IMG/VR virus record: IMGVR_UViG_3300026512_000010
Location: 1-64,000 of that record
DNA length: 64,000 nt
Reading direction: 5' to 3' (one strand)
Source: a virus
The position numbers were made by a program, and so were the translations under genes. Each line of letters starts with the position of its first letter. The stretch's first letter is position 1. Below are positions 53,737 to 63,379 of the stretch, in pieces. Under the pieces are notes generated by a model. The model was given only the letters and a program-made list of their open reading frames with translations, was not told where the DNA came from and made no database searches.

Positions 53737-53943
53737 TTACTTTACGAAACTCAACTTTTTGAACTTTGCAAAATAATCGTGAGTTTTATGTTTTAATTTC
53801 CGTGTATATTTCTTTTTATTTTTAACTTTTCTTGTAGAAAGATTAATTTCTCTACTTATATGTTTTTGTATATTCATATCTCTATGTATATATTTTTGCT
53901 GTTCAAGTTCTTTTTTAATTTGATTAAGAGTTTTCTTTTTCAT
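53737..53943 (-). CDS. Very basic small protein (K/R-rich, possible nucleic-acid binding)
   Basis: 68 aa, about one-third Lys/Arg; follows promoter 53956-53985. Confidence 0.4.
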   Translation of the reverse strand: MKKKTLNQIKKELEQQKYIHRDMNIQKHISREINLSTRKVKNKKKYTRKLKHKTHDYFAKFKKLSFVK

Positions 53944-53955
53944 TTTTACTCCTTA

Positions 53956-53985
53956 ATTATATTATATTTTTTGAAAAAAGTAAAG
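53956..53985 (-). promoter_or_regulatory. Promoter cassette
   Basis: attatattatattttttgaaaaaagtaaag. Confidence 0.4.
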
Positions 53986-53986
53986 G

Positions 53987-54172
53987 TTATTTTGGACCCT
54001 TACCCTTTACCCATCCTGTTCTTACGTCATTAAAAAATTTTTTCATTGTTTCATCATTCATATCTGCAGGAGATGAAGCATTGTATTTTTTCAAAAGACC
54101 ATTAAAATAATCTCTATATTTTTTCTGAAGTTCACTCTCTTCATTTAATTGTTCAATTATTTCTTTTACCAT
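53987..54172 (-). CDS. Hypothetical protein
   Basis: ORF. Confidence 0.35.
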   Translation of the reverse strand: MVKEIIEQLNEESELQKKYRDYFNGLLKKYNASSPADMNDETMKKFFNDVRTGWVKGKGPK

Positions 54173-54185
54173 ATTTTTCCCTTTT

Positions 54186-55724
54186 TTATTTATTAAAAAT
54201 TTTTAAATATTCGTCATAAAATTTCCAAACACATTTAGGTGTATTTTTTTCAAAAAAATCTTCATCAAAAATATTTTCTATAACTTTTGTTGCAGAAATA
54301 GAATTTTCATCTCTTTGAATTTCTATTACGTGTATGTCATGTCCAATCTTAACAATTTGCTCTTTATAAACATCTACTCTATCTGAACCAGCTACAACTC
54401 CGCCTATAACTGTTGGAAGAGCTTTATTTAAAATCGTTGCAATATTACCGCTTCTGGTTTCAACTATTTTTATAATACCATTTTTAATTTCTTTTTTATA
54501 ACATTCTTCTAAAACCTTTCTTCTAAGTTCATTTGAAGAAAAAGTATCCTTGCTTGAAACAAGTGCTATAACAACACCTTTATATTTTTGAAGAGCTTTA
54601 TCAATAATTTTTTTATGTCCATTTGTAAATACTCTAAATTTACCTATAGCTAATGCATATTTATCAGCGAACATTCTTATCAATTTAAGTTTAAGTGTTA
54701 AAAAAATATCATCTTTAATCATTTCCCAAGATTTTTTTGGATGAGTTATAGAATCTTCTGGTAATTTTTTAATTAAATTTGAAGCTTTTAAAATAATACT
54801 CCTAAAATCCACACCATCTTTACTTGTTATTCCTAATTGCTCAATTAATTCATTTGCTTTTTGTCCAACTTCTGCCCAATATATAGACTCTTGAAACGGA
54901 TCTGCTTTAAATTTCTGTTTAACTTTTGCTCTATCTTCTTTCGATAACTGATATTCCTGCTGAATTTTTAAAGGCGGAAATTGACTATTCCAAAATATAA
55001 ACCCCTCAGGCTTTCCTCCAAAAACAGATTTTACAGAAAGAAAAACATTATTTAAAATTTTCCAATATAACTCTATATCATTTTCAGAATTTTGTAAATC
55101 TTCTAATTTCTTTTGAACTGCTTTATCAAGCTCTTTATATTTTATTCCTTTTAATAATTCTTTAGTTGGATATAAAACTCCCTCAAAAACAATAGGAGGA
55201 ACATGAATATGCATCTTTTTAGCTAAATCTGCTCTCTCATCAAAATCAAAGTCAAAATTTGTATTTGATGTTATTAACATACCATTTTTTATTTCATAAG
55301 AACTTTTACCATATGAAAGTAAAATTAGATTATAAAGATTGTTATATTGGCTCATTAATGTTGGCTTTTTTACAAGATATTCGCAAAAAAACTGATATCC
55401 TTTTGGAAGATTATTCACATTTACCTGTTTTAAAGTATCAAATATAAATTTAAACTGAGAGCTACCTATAGATTTTTTGGCCTCTTCATCAGTATTATAT
55501 TCAAATTCTTCTGGATATAATACATTACCTTTATATGCAACAATCCAGTTTTCAGTATATGGTTTTTTAGAACTTGCATCTTTTTTTAGTATTAAATTGA
55601 CTTTCAACCCATCTAATTTCTCTTCAACTATCTGCTGAGTTTCTAAAAAAGAAAGAAGCTTTCTTTTATCTTTTAAGACATTTTTAGCAGATTTAACAGA
55701 TATGTCCATATAATTTTTCATCAT
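54186..55724 (-). CDS. Fusion protein: N-terminal KxDG ligase-type nucleotidyltransferase domain plus C-terminal (H/T)xGH cytidylyltransferase-like (PPAT/NMNAT-type) domain
   Basis: Ligase motif I IVEEKLDGLKV and motif IV-like GGKPEGFIFW; C-terminal GKFRVFTNGHKKII...ISATKV resembles PPAT GsFDPiTnGH...ISST. Confidence 0.5.
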   Translation of the reverse strand: MMKNYMDISVKSAKNVLKDKRKLLSFLETQQIVEEKLDGLKVNLILKKDASSKKPYTENWIVAYKGNVLYPEEFEYNTDEEAKKSIGSSQFKFIFDTLKQVNVNNLPKGYQFFCEYLVKKPTLMSQYNNLYNLILLSYGKSSYEIKNGMLITSNTNFDFDFDERADLAKKMHIHVPPIVFEGVLYPTKELLKGIKYKELDKAVQKKLEDLQNSENDIELYWKILNNVFLSVKSVFGGKPEGFIFWNSQFPPLKIQQEYQLSKEDRAKVKQKFKADPFQESIYWAEVGQKANELIEQLGITSKDGVDFRSIILKASNLIKKLPEDSITHPKKSWEMIKDDIFLTLKLKLIRMFADKYALAIGKFRVFTNGHKKIIDKALQKYKGVVIALVSSKDTFSSNELRRKVLEECYKKEIKNGIIKIVETRSGNIATILNKALPTVIGGVVAGSDRVDVYKEQIVKIGHDIHVIEIQRDENSISATKVIENIFDEDFFEKNTPKCVWKFYDEYLKIFNK

Positions 55725-55729
55725 TTTCC

Positions 55730-56680
55730 TTATTTTATTTTGTCAATAGGTTTATAAATTTTTATTTTTCCCTGAGTTACAGCTTCCACTTCTACAGGAG
55801 CTAAGTTTTCTAAATAATATATTTTTCCAATTTCACTTTTAGTTGATTTTTGACCTACTATCATTATATAAGGCATTTTATCCTTTTTAATTACATCATT
55901 TACTTTTTTTATTATTTTAGAATATGTGATTGTGTCTGTATTTTCAAAATGTTGTTTCAATCTATTAATTGTATCAATGCGTTGTATATTACCTAAAATT
56001 TCTCCATCAATATAAACATTTAAAAGATTATCTATTTCTACATCTAAAAACTTTTTATCTGTTAAAATATTTTTTTCATTATTTTTTGCTAAAGTGAGCC
56101 ATTTTGTTAATTCACCTTTATTTATGGATTTTTTTATTTGATCTGGTGGAAACATTTTAGGATTTAAGGAACTCATCGTTTTTATGTATCTTACAATATC
56201 TTCATAAACGTGATTAAGTGCCTCTTTCATTAAAGTTCCGAATCTAAAATTTTTAAGTTTGTCACCACTTTTAATTACTTCTTTGAGTTCAGCATAATCA
56301 TTACCAAAAGTAATATCATAAGGACTATTTCCACCACCAATAGTGATGTTTTGATGAAGAATAGATAATAAAATTTCGCCTCTTCCTATTCCTTTCCCTA
56401 TTATCCCCATTAAATCGATGATAACACCTTTATATTTGGGATAAATGTTTTTATTATAATAATTAACAAATTGTTTTAAACTTTGTTTTCCTTCTGTAAT
56501 TAAAGGTGGTAAATCATCAACAGAAATTTTTAACTTATTTGCTATAATTTCTCTTAATTTTTGTTTATCTTCTAATAAATCTGACTCTGCAAGCTTTACT
56601 TGTGCAGACGTGAGAGAAATATCTGTTATTACAGAATTTGATTCCTCTATTTTATGCAATGCTTCTCTTATATAACTCAT
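55730..56680 (-). CDS. Hypothetical protein
   Basis: ORF between the ligase fusion and the NTase. Confidence 0.4.
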   Translation of the reverse strand: MSYIREALHKIEESNSVITDISLTSAQVKLAESDLLEDKQKLREIIANKLKISVDDLPPLITEGKQSLKQFVNYYNKNIYPKYKGVIIDLMGIIGKGIGRGEILLSILHQNITIGGGNSPYDITFGNDYAELKEVIKSGDKLKNFRFGTLMKEALNHVYEDIVRYIKTMSSLNPKMFPPDQIKKSINKGELTKWLTLAKNNEKNILTDKKFLDVEIDNLLNVYIDGEILGNIQRIDTINRLKQHFENTDTITYSKIIKKVNDVIKKDKMPYIMIVGQKSTKSEIGKIYYLENLAPVEVEAVTQGKIKIYKPIDKIK

Positions 56681-57906
56681 TTAAAATCCTCCAGTGATTT
56701 TTCTCTAAATTTTATATTATTTAAGATATATTCTAAAAGGGATTCTCTTAAACCATAATTTTTATAATACGCATCTATTTTAGACAACCATTTTTCATAG
56801 TCTGATTTTAAAAATGAAATTTGTTTCAATAAATAATTAACTGCTCCAATTTTTATTTTATAATCAAGTTCAGGATTATCTCTTTCTAATTCCTGAGCAA
56901 TATTTTTTCCATTTTTATTATCCCACAGTAAATCCAAAAATCTTCCAAAAGCCATTTTAATCTGTTTCTTATCTAAATACTTATTTATTAATTCCACAAG
57001 CCCTACAAAAGACCAAAATTTATTTTTTTCATCATTTGTAGGTTTAATACCAAATATCATTTCAAATATTTCATCTATATTTGTATGATAAATGCTTTCA
57101 TCTGTTTTTAATTTTCTAAAAACAAATTTTCCATCTTGTTGAACCTGTTCATCATCACAAATTAATGGTTCATACGCAACCCTTATTCCTCTTGAAACAC
57201 TAAACTTTAATAAATGATTATCAGGATTTTTAGTTTTAGAAATTTTCTTTTCCCAATTTTCACAATTTGCTGAAGATGTGACAAAAATTGCATTATTAAT
57301 ATATGAAGTTGCGTATGCTATGCTTCTTAATAAGTATTTGTGAAAAACTGCTTTGACCCCTGCCTGTAAATCTGTAAATGTTGAACTATGACTGAATTTG
57401 CTCCACTCTGAAGGAATAAATTCATTTTCTTTCTCTTCAAATGGAACAAACTCAAAATCCACTTGAGAGTATACACATTTATCTTTTTCATAACAATATT
57501 TAAACAAAGCATTAATCTGTTCACCTATGCTTGATTCAGTTGGTTTATTATTTCCTATATATGCAAAATTACCTATTTGTTTTCCTTCAATACTTTTAAG
57601 GAAATTCCATAATTTTCCTTTTAATTCTTCAGGAACCATTATATCAATATCTCCAGCAGAAGGCTTTAAATCTAAAACACTTGGAGAAATATCATTTTGC
57701 ATCAAAAAACTTGTTGAACCATTGAAAACATAACTATTATCTATTATCTTTTTAGTTTTCCAAATATGCTCTTTATTTTGCTTAAAAAATGAATTATCTA
57801 ATTCATAAAACAATTTTTTAAAATCGTTTTGAAATTTTTTTATACCTATTTCTTTTACAGGTATCTTTTGTGCTTTGAATCCCTTTACTTGGACATTACC
57901 ACCCAT
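56677..57906 (-). CDS. Pol-beta-superfamily nucleotidyltransferase of unknown specificity
   Basis: FNGSTSFLMQNDISPSVLDLKPSAGDIDIMV matches the hG[GS]-x(9-13)-Dh[DE]h minimal NTase signature. Confidence 0.45.
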   Translation of the reverse strand: MGGNVQVKGFKAQKIPVKEIGIKKFQNDFKKLFYELDNSFFKQNKEHIWKTKKIIDNSYVFNGSTSFLMQNDISPSVLDLKPSAGDIDIMVPEELKGKLWNFLKSIEGKQIGNFAYIGNNKPTESSIGEQINALFKYCYEKDKCVYSQVDFEFVPFEEKENEFIPSEWSKFSHSSTFTDLQAGVKAVFHKYLLRSIAYATSYINNAIFVTSSANCENWEKKISKTKNPDNHLLKFSVSRGIRVAYEPLICDDEQVQQDGKFVFRKLKTDESIYHTNIDEIFEMIFGIKPTNDEKNKFWSFVGLVELINKYLDKKQIKMAFGRFLDLLWDNKNGKNIAQELERDNPELDYKIKIGAVNYLLKQISFLKSDYEKWLSKIDAYYKNYGLRESLLEYILNNIKFREKSLEDFK

Positions 57907-58435
57907 ATTTTTCCTTATATTTCTTTAGTAAAAATTTTATTCTTTGTTTGTTTGGTTGAAATTTAATACTTCTAAATGTTTTCCAATAATCGTCTGACTC
58001 ATATAATTCCAGTAATATTTTTTCATCTTTTCTCAAATCAGTATAATAAATAGGTTTTGAGTGCATCTGAATTGTTGAGATTTCTACAACCTTAGTAACT
58101 GAATTATAAACATTATAATTGTTAGATATTAAAGGATATAATTCTTTCTGATATTTTTCTACGAATCCCAAAACAGCTTTGAAATATTCTTCAGCAATTT
58201 CCAATGGAACTTCTTTAGTATCATGTGTTTTCAAATGCAGTAACACAGCAGGTTTCCAAAAGCCATTAAATTCATCATAATCTTTTTCGTTACTCTTCAC
58301 TCCAATATCAATCATAATATTTTTATACTCTGGTAATCCATATCTTGACGCCTTTATAATAAATGGATTTTCTTTAGGAAAATCCAACTCAATAAACCCT
58401 TTATTATTTAAGACCTCATTTAAAACAATTTCCAC
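57896..58435 (-). CDS. Hypothetical protein
   Basis: ORF. Confidence 0.4.
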   Translation of the reverse strand: MEIVLNEVLNNKGFIELDFPKENPFIIKASRYGLPEYKNIMIDIGVKSNEKDYDEFNGFWKPAVLLHLKTHDTKEVPLEIAEEYFKAVLGFVEKYQKELYPLISNNYNVYNSVTKVVEISTIQMHSKPIYYTDLRKDEKILLELYESDDYWKTFRSIKFQPNKQRIKFLLKKYKEKYGW

Positions 58436-58492
58436 TTTAACTCCTTCATTTTGTTATACAAAATTATATAATATTCTTTGAGAAAAATAAAA

Positions 58493-58945
58493 CTATCCTT
58501 TTTTAAGATTTTTAAACCACTCTTGCTCCCAGAGTTGATTATATGAGATAGCCATATCTTCTCTATTTTGTCTTTCTTTTTTAAATTTTCTTATAATATC
58601 GTGTATAGATGAAATTGCCATAGTAGTAAAAAATCCATGAGCACCACCCCATTCTTTTTCTTCTTTTAAATATTTTTCATTATTTCTTTGAAAATAATTT
58701 TTCTGAGCTCTTTTTGGGTCAAATTTAAACCAGTGCTTTACGAACTTTTCATAAGCCAACCCTCTGAATTCATCTTTCCATTCAGGAGAATAACCCGAAT
58801 ATTTTCTTGAAGTTAATGTATGCTCTAAAACACTTAGATAAGAATTTGTTATTTCATCAGAAGGATTTTTTCTTTTTCCTTCAAGTCTTTCTTTGCTCTC
58901 TTTTATTAGCAATTTAGTAATTTCTAAATCATTAAAATACTCCAT
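58493..58945 (-). CDS. Late sigma factor (T4 gp55-like, sigma region 2 only)
   Basis: KYSGYSPEWKDEF...FDPKRAQKNYFQ...GAHGFFTTMAISSIHDIIRKFKKERQ parallels T4 gp55 FSGYTQSWKQEM...[30 protein letters not shown]. Confidence 0.7.
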   Translation of the reverse strand: MEYFNDLEITKLLIKESKERLEGKRKNPSDEITNSYLSVLEHTLTSRKYSGYSPEWKDEFRGLAYEKFVKHWFKFDPKRAQKNYFQRNNEKYLKEEKEWGGAHGFFTTMAISSIHDIIRKFKKERQNREDMAISYNQLWEQEWFKNLKKG

Positions 58946-58969
58946 ATTTTATCCTTCCCTTTATTCACC

Positions 58970-59056
58970 TATACAAGCCTCTCTAATAAAAGATCTTTTT
59001 ACTTTTATAATTATATATTAAAATAATAAATTAGCTCTTAGAGATGCTCTAATAAA
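58970..59056 (-). promoter_or_regulatory. Leader hairpin/operator element C (AGCCTCTCTAA / TTAGAGATGCT inverted repeat around a TATAAT-containing loop) in the gp55 leader
   Basis: agcctctctaa (58976-58986) and ttagagatgct (59038-59048); flanks ttcacctata / tctaataaatgag as in elements A and B. Confidence 0.45.
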
Positions 59057-59068
59057 TGAGTATACTTT

Positions 59069-59103
59069 TTATAATTATATTATATTTTTTCCAAAAAGTA
59101 AAG
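59069..59103 (-). promoter_or_regulatory. Conserved phage promoter cassette upstream of the gp55 leader element
   Basis: ttataattatattatattttttccaaaaagtaaag. Confidence 0.5.
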
Positions 59104-59106
59104 TAT

Positions 59107-59622
59107 TTAATAATATTCAAACTTAAATTCTATTTTTTCTGAAAGTATTTTAAGCTGTTTTGTCACTTTCCCACTTTTAGGATATTCCACATTTTTATTA
59201 AATTTTTCTTTTACTAATTTCTTAAATTTGTTAAAACTTGATTTTTTAATCTTTTTAGGTTTCCATTCAGATGGATGAACAAGTTGTTCTTTAAAATTAT
59301 TTTTATTTTTATATTTATTTATATATATAGAAATATTTTTTAAAACATTTTCTAAATCAATTTTTTCTTTATATTTTTTAGATGAACGAAGAAATTGATT
59401 TTCTATTTTTCCTAATATAACATTACAATCAGAACAAATTACTCCTCTAATGAGTTTATTTGTTTCAGGATACATTGATTTATGAGAACCATGTATGTGA
59501 TCTACTACTGCTTCAGAAAAATCAATTGTTCTTCCACAAATTTCACACTTAAAATCATTTCCTTGTAATTTTTTCTCTCTAAACTCTTTTAATTGAGAAT
59601 TTTTTAGAAAAATTTTTTCCAT
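59107..59622 (-). CDS. HNH endonuclease (free-standing, homing-endonuclease-like)
   Basis: CEICG...VVDHIHG...N...CSDCN HNH/zinc motifs; no consensus promoter upstream. Confidence 0.6.
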   Translation of the reverse strand: MEKIFLKNSQLKEFREKKLQGNDFKCEICGRTIDFSEAVVDHIHGSHKSMYPETNKLIRGVICSDCNVILGKIENQFLRSSKKYKEKIDLENVLKNISIYINKYKNKNNFKEQLVHPSEWKPKKIKKSSFNKFKKLVKEKFNKNVEYPKSGKVTKQLKILSEKIEFKFEYY

Positions 59623-59706
59623 TTAACATCTTTTTATATTTATTTAATCTTTTTTAGAAAATTGAAGTTTAGAATTTATTTTTGAGAGAATTGAAGAAGA
59701 GAAGCT

Positions 59707-60315
59707 TTAAAAAGCTATAGGAGATCCATCTTTATCTATTCCTATACGTGTTTTTATGTTTATCTCCCATTTTTTTGCTAGGTATGTTCTTGGATGAACA
59801 TTTTGAAGAAACTTGAACAATTTATATAAATGTTTTGTTAATTGAACTTTCCAGTTTGGATTATTCTTTTTTGGAGGAATTGCTATAGCTTTTTTTATCC
59901 ATTTTGAGAAAGTTTCTTCGTCTAATATAACTGCATTGTGTTTATTTAAAACATAAGCAAAATAATACTTGAAAGATGGATCTGATGAAAAAACTTGTAT
60001 TGGAATATTATAAAGTTTTTTAAATGTTTTTATATCTTTATAATAAGGAAATTTTACACTTAGAAGATATGTTTTTCTTTTTCCATCAGTTCCTTTTTCA
60101 CCTTTAACAAAAAAATATAAATTTACAAACAAAATTAATTTATTTGCAGAAGAATCATAGTGAATTGAATATTTAAATCCTTTATATTTTGGATCAGATA
60201 CTCTTTTATATCTTTCTTCAATTCCTCTTGAAAAAAATGGTTTTTTTGTTAATTGTATAAATTCATTAACAGTTAAATCACTTTTTGGATACCCTTTTAT
60301 TTGAAGTTTTTTCAT
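59707..60315 (-). CDS. Hypothetical protein
   Basis: ORF. Confidence 0.4.
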   Translation of the reverse strand: MKKLQIKGYPKSDLTVNEFIQLTKKPFFSRGIEERYKRVSDPKYKGFKYSIHYDSSANKLILFVNLYFFVKGEKGTDGKRKTYLLSVKFPYYKDIKTFKKLYNIPIQVFSSDPSFKYYFAYVLNKHNAVILDEETFSKWIKKAIAIPPKKNNPNWKVQLTKHLYKLFKFLQNVHPRTYLAKKWEINIKTRIGIDKDGSPIAF

Positions 60316-60569
60316 TCAATACCCATCTTTTTTAATTTTGACAATTGAAAAGAATTAAAAATATGAATATCCCCTGTATTCTTTAAAGCACCAATAATCT
60401 TTTTATCAAAATCATAAATAAAATCTTTTGCAGGAAAGGTTAATCCTAACTCTTTTAAAATCTCTTCTGTTCTTGCTTTGTTTTCTTTTATTAAAAAATC
60501 TGTTTTTGTTCTTGTTGTTTGTGTATTATCTTTGTTTCTTGATTTTAAAGGACTATAAATATTTTCCAT
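60312..60569 (-). CDS. Hypothetical protein
   Basis: ORF. Confidence 0.4.
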   Translation of the reverse strand: MENIYSPLKSRNKDNTQTTRTKTDFLIKENKARTEEILKELGLTFPAKDFIYDFDKKIIGALKNTGDIHIFNSFQLSKLKKMGIE

Positions 60570-60700
60570 CTTTTCTCCTAATCATTAAGTGAATTTTTCT
60601 TTTGAAGCTTTTTTCTTTCTTTTTTTGCCTCCTCAAGTTTACCCTGGGATTCTAATTTAATTATTTTTTCATATTGTTTTTTTACATCCATTTTAAATCC

Positions 60701-61258
60701 TTATAATGTAATTCGTTTGTTTATCCAACCTTTAATGAAGTGTTTGTATTTTTTATTTCCATTTGTTTCTTTATGATTATTTAAATCATTCATTACAGTC
60801 TTATTATCTTCTGACAATGCACAATAAAACATTCCTTGAAATACATTCATCATTTTAACTATTAATTTAGGATATTTAAAATTATTTATTTTACTTGCTG
60901 TATTTGGTCCAAGAATTCCATCTTCTTTTATATTATTTTCATTTAATGTGTTATATGCTCTTTGTAAAAATTTTACAGCCAATTTAATATTTCCAGAATT
61001 CACTGAAAATTCAAAAAGTTCAGTTGAAATTCTACTGTCTTTTATTAAACTGAAATTACCCCTATCCCAAAATTCTTTTTTATAAATTTGTATAGCAGTT
61101 TCCTTGGATAAATTTTCCATACTTCCAATATAACCATATTTTCTTGCAAGAGCTTCTGTTATTCCATAATTTGTTGCTCCACCATTATCATATTTATCAT
61201 TTACAAATCCTGCTTCAATTCCTAAAACAGACTTTATTGCTATTTCATAATTTGTCAT
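60701..61258 (-). CDS. GH108-type lysozyme / endolysin-like protein
   Basis: LGIEAGFVNDKYDNGGATNYGIT matches the GH108 EGGyvndp.DpGGaTkyGIT signature. Confidence 0.6.
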   Translation of the reverse strand: MTNYEIAIKSVLGIEAGFVNDKYDNGGATNYGITEALARKYGYIGSMENLSKETAIQIYKKEFWDRGNFSLIKDSRISTELFEFSVNSGNIKLAVKFLQRAYNTLNENNIKEDGILGPNTASKINNFKYPKLIVKMMNVFQGMFYCALSEDNKTVMNDLNNHKETNGNKKYKHFIKGWINKRITL

Positions 61259-61260
61259 AT

Positions 61261-62022
61261 TTACTCCACTTCAACTTGTTTTTTATAACTTGATTTTATA
61301 TATTCAACTAATTTATCAATTATTTCACATTTATCTGAAAGATAATTTTTTATTAATATTTTATCAGTATTTAATGTTTCAAGATAAATATCTAATTTTC
61401 TTTTAAAATAACAAAACTTATTTTGCATAGCACATTCTGAACAAATATTTGTAATATAAAATTTATCAAATTCATCTATACTAATAAATATTTTTTTATT
61501 AAAAATTAAATTGTCTATTTCATAAACTTCATATAAAAGATGTTGCATAGAAAGAATTAAAATGTTCATAATCTTTTCAAAATAATGTTCTCTCGTTGTT
61601 TGTTCAATAATTTTTAAATAATTTTTGAAAAAATCTACAAATTGATTATGTATTAAAAGCCATACTTTTAAAAAATCTTTAGAAAATATATTTTCATTTT
61701 CAAACATTATTTTCTTAATATATGTTTCTCTTTCCCTTGCTAAGTTTTCTATTTCTTTTCCATCTATCTCATCTAAAATAGGTTTTTTTAATAAATACTG
61801 TTCAAGTTCACATAAAAAATCAAACCAAACATCAAATTTAAAAAGTATTATTTCCTTTGAAGTTTTTGAAAAAGAATATATAGTATTAAATTCTATTTCC
61901 TTTAATATAAATGTTTGAGCTGTTTTATATTTTATAAATTCAGATCCTGTTAGAATTCTGAATTTAATATTGTTTTCTATATACTCCCTTGGATGAAAAT
62001 TTTTATTGCATTTTACTCTCAT
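61261..62022 (-). CDS. Hypothetical protein
   Basis: ORF. Confidence 0.4.
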   Translation of the reverse strand: MRVKCNKNFHPREYIENNIKFRILTGSEFIKYKTAQTFILKEIEFNTIYSFSKTSKEIILFKFDVWFDFLCELEQYLLKKPILDEIDGKEIENLARERETYIKKIMFENENIFSKDFLKVWLLIHNQFVDFFKNYLKIIEQTTREHYFEKIMNILILSMQHLLYEVYEIDNLIFNKKIFISIDEFDKFYITNICSECAMQNKFCYFKRKLDIYLETLNTDKILIKNYLSDKCEIIDKLVEYIKSSYKKQVEVE

Positions 62023-62435
62023 TTTATACCCTTTAACGACACCAAAACAGGCTCCAATTGAGTTGTTATTTTAATTAATTTATTTTCTATTTCATAAAAT
62101 CTTCTAATAAAATCTATTTCTATTTTATTTGTTGAATTTGATTGTTTTTCTAATTCTTTTTTTATCTCTACTAAATCTTCAAGTTCTCTTTTTATTATAT
62201 TTAAACAGTTATCTATTTCTTCTAAATTATTTAAAACTTCACTTTTTAAAGAATTATTTGTATTATGTATTGAGTTTAATTTTTCAACTATAAATGGAAT
62301 ATCATTTATATTTGAATTCCAAGGATAAAGTATATATTTGTAAACAAGTATCCCTGAAATACCAAAAAACATAATTTTTAAATCTTCAGGAATATTATGA
62401 ACAAATGTTAAAATAGGCATTATGATAGATTCCAT
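62019..62435 (-). CDS. Hypothetical protein with N-terminal TM helix
   Basis: ORF. Confidence 0.4.
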   Translation of the reverse strand: MESIIMPILTFVHNIPEDLKIMFFGISGILVYKYILYPWNSNINDIPFIVEKLNSIHNTNNSLKSEVLNNLEEIDNCLNIIKRELEDLVEIKKELEKQSNSTNKIEIDFIRRFYEIENKLIKITTQLEPVLVSLKGIK

Positions 62436-62461
62436 TGCTTCACTTTCATTTTTATATTTAT

Positions 62462-62692
62462 TTAATTACTTTCATTGCAATCATCTTCTGCACCAAGTGA
62501 CGGTTTACTAAAAAATGAAGCTCCATTTACACCTGCAAGTGCTGTAAAAAATCCTGTCGCTATTACTCCTAGCCCTTCTACATTTTTATTATAATAGACT
62601 AATAATAATATACCAAACATTGTTAAAATAATGCCCCATAATGCTATCCACATCATAAGACTTCTTTGCTTTTCTTTTTGAGCCTTAGTCAT
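62462..62692 (-). CDS. Small two-TM membrane protein (holin-like topology; function unverified)
   Basis: Two hydrophobic helices, charged termini. Confidence 0.35.
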   Translation of the reverse strand: MTKAQKEKQRSLMMWIALWGIILTMFGILLLVYYNKNVEGLGVIATGFFTALAGVNGASFFSKPSLGAEDDCNESN

Positions 62693-62701
62693 CTTTATTC
62701 C

Positions 62702-63088
62702 TTAATAAATTGTTGTAAATACATTAGGTAATACATTTAACCCATAATGAAATTCTGTTGAAAATTTTATATCTGAATTTGCCACTTGAACAGCTAAAAC
62801 AAGTGGTTTTGTTGGTGAAGTCAATGGGAAATTTATGGTATCTTCTGGAGGAAGGGTAATTGTTATAGTTCCATTGGCTTCATCTGTAATGTCTGCATTT
62901 CCTGAAGAAAGCAAAGCTGTATCATCAGGATCAAAAATTTTATCATATTCTTTTACAATAAATCTACAAATATATCCTGTAAGATCAACAGGTTTCCCAG
63001 TTGTCTTATCTTTGATTTGTAATTCATAAGTTTTTCCATCACCTCTTTTTATATCAAGAGTTTTAATAAATTTTAATTTTATTGCCAT
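62702..63088 (-). CDS. Hypothetical protein
   Basis: ORF. Confidence 0.4.
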   Translation of the reverse strand: MAIKLKFIKTLDIKRGDGKTYELQIKDKTTGKPVDLTGYICRFIVKEYDKIFDPDDTALLSSGNADITDEANGTITITLPPEDTINFPLTSPTKPLVLAVQVANSDIKFSTEFHYGLNVLPNVFTTIY

Positions 63089-63098
63089 AGATTACCTT

Positions 63099-63368
63099 TT
63101 AACACGATAAAGTATTTTTTGAAGAAATTTCTTCTTCAATATTTTCTTTTTCTTCTATATTTGCAGAAATTGTTGAAACTTCTTCAATTTTTGCTTCTAA
63201 TGTCATTTTTTGTTGAACTTCTGCAGATAATAGTTCTTTTTGTTGAATATCTGATGAAAGTTCTTCAGTTTTCTCTAAAATTTGACTATCAAGAGAAAAA
63301 ATCAATTGTTTGATGTATTCAGTTGAAGATTCATCACCCCAAAAGAATGTCATGAAAGTTGATGTCAT
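63099..63368 (-). CDS. Hypothetical acidic coiled-coil protein
   Basis: ORF. Confidence 0.35.
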   Translation of the reverse strand: MTSTFMTFFWGDESSTEYIKQLIFSLDSQILEKTEELSSDIQQKELLSAEVQQKMTLEAKIEEVSTISANIEEKENIEEEISSKNTLSC

Positions 63369-63379
63369 TTTATCTCACT

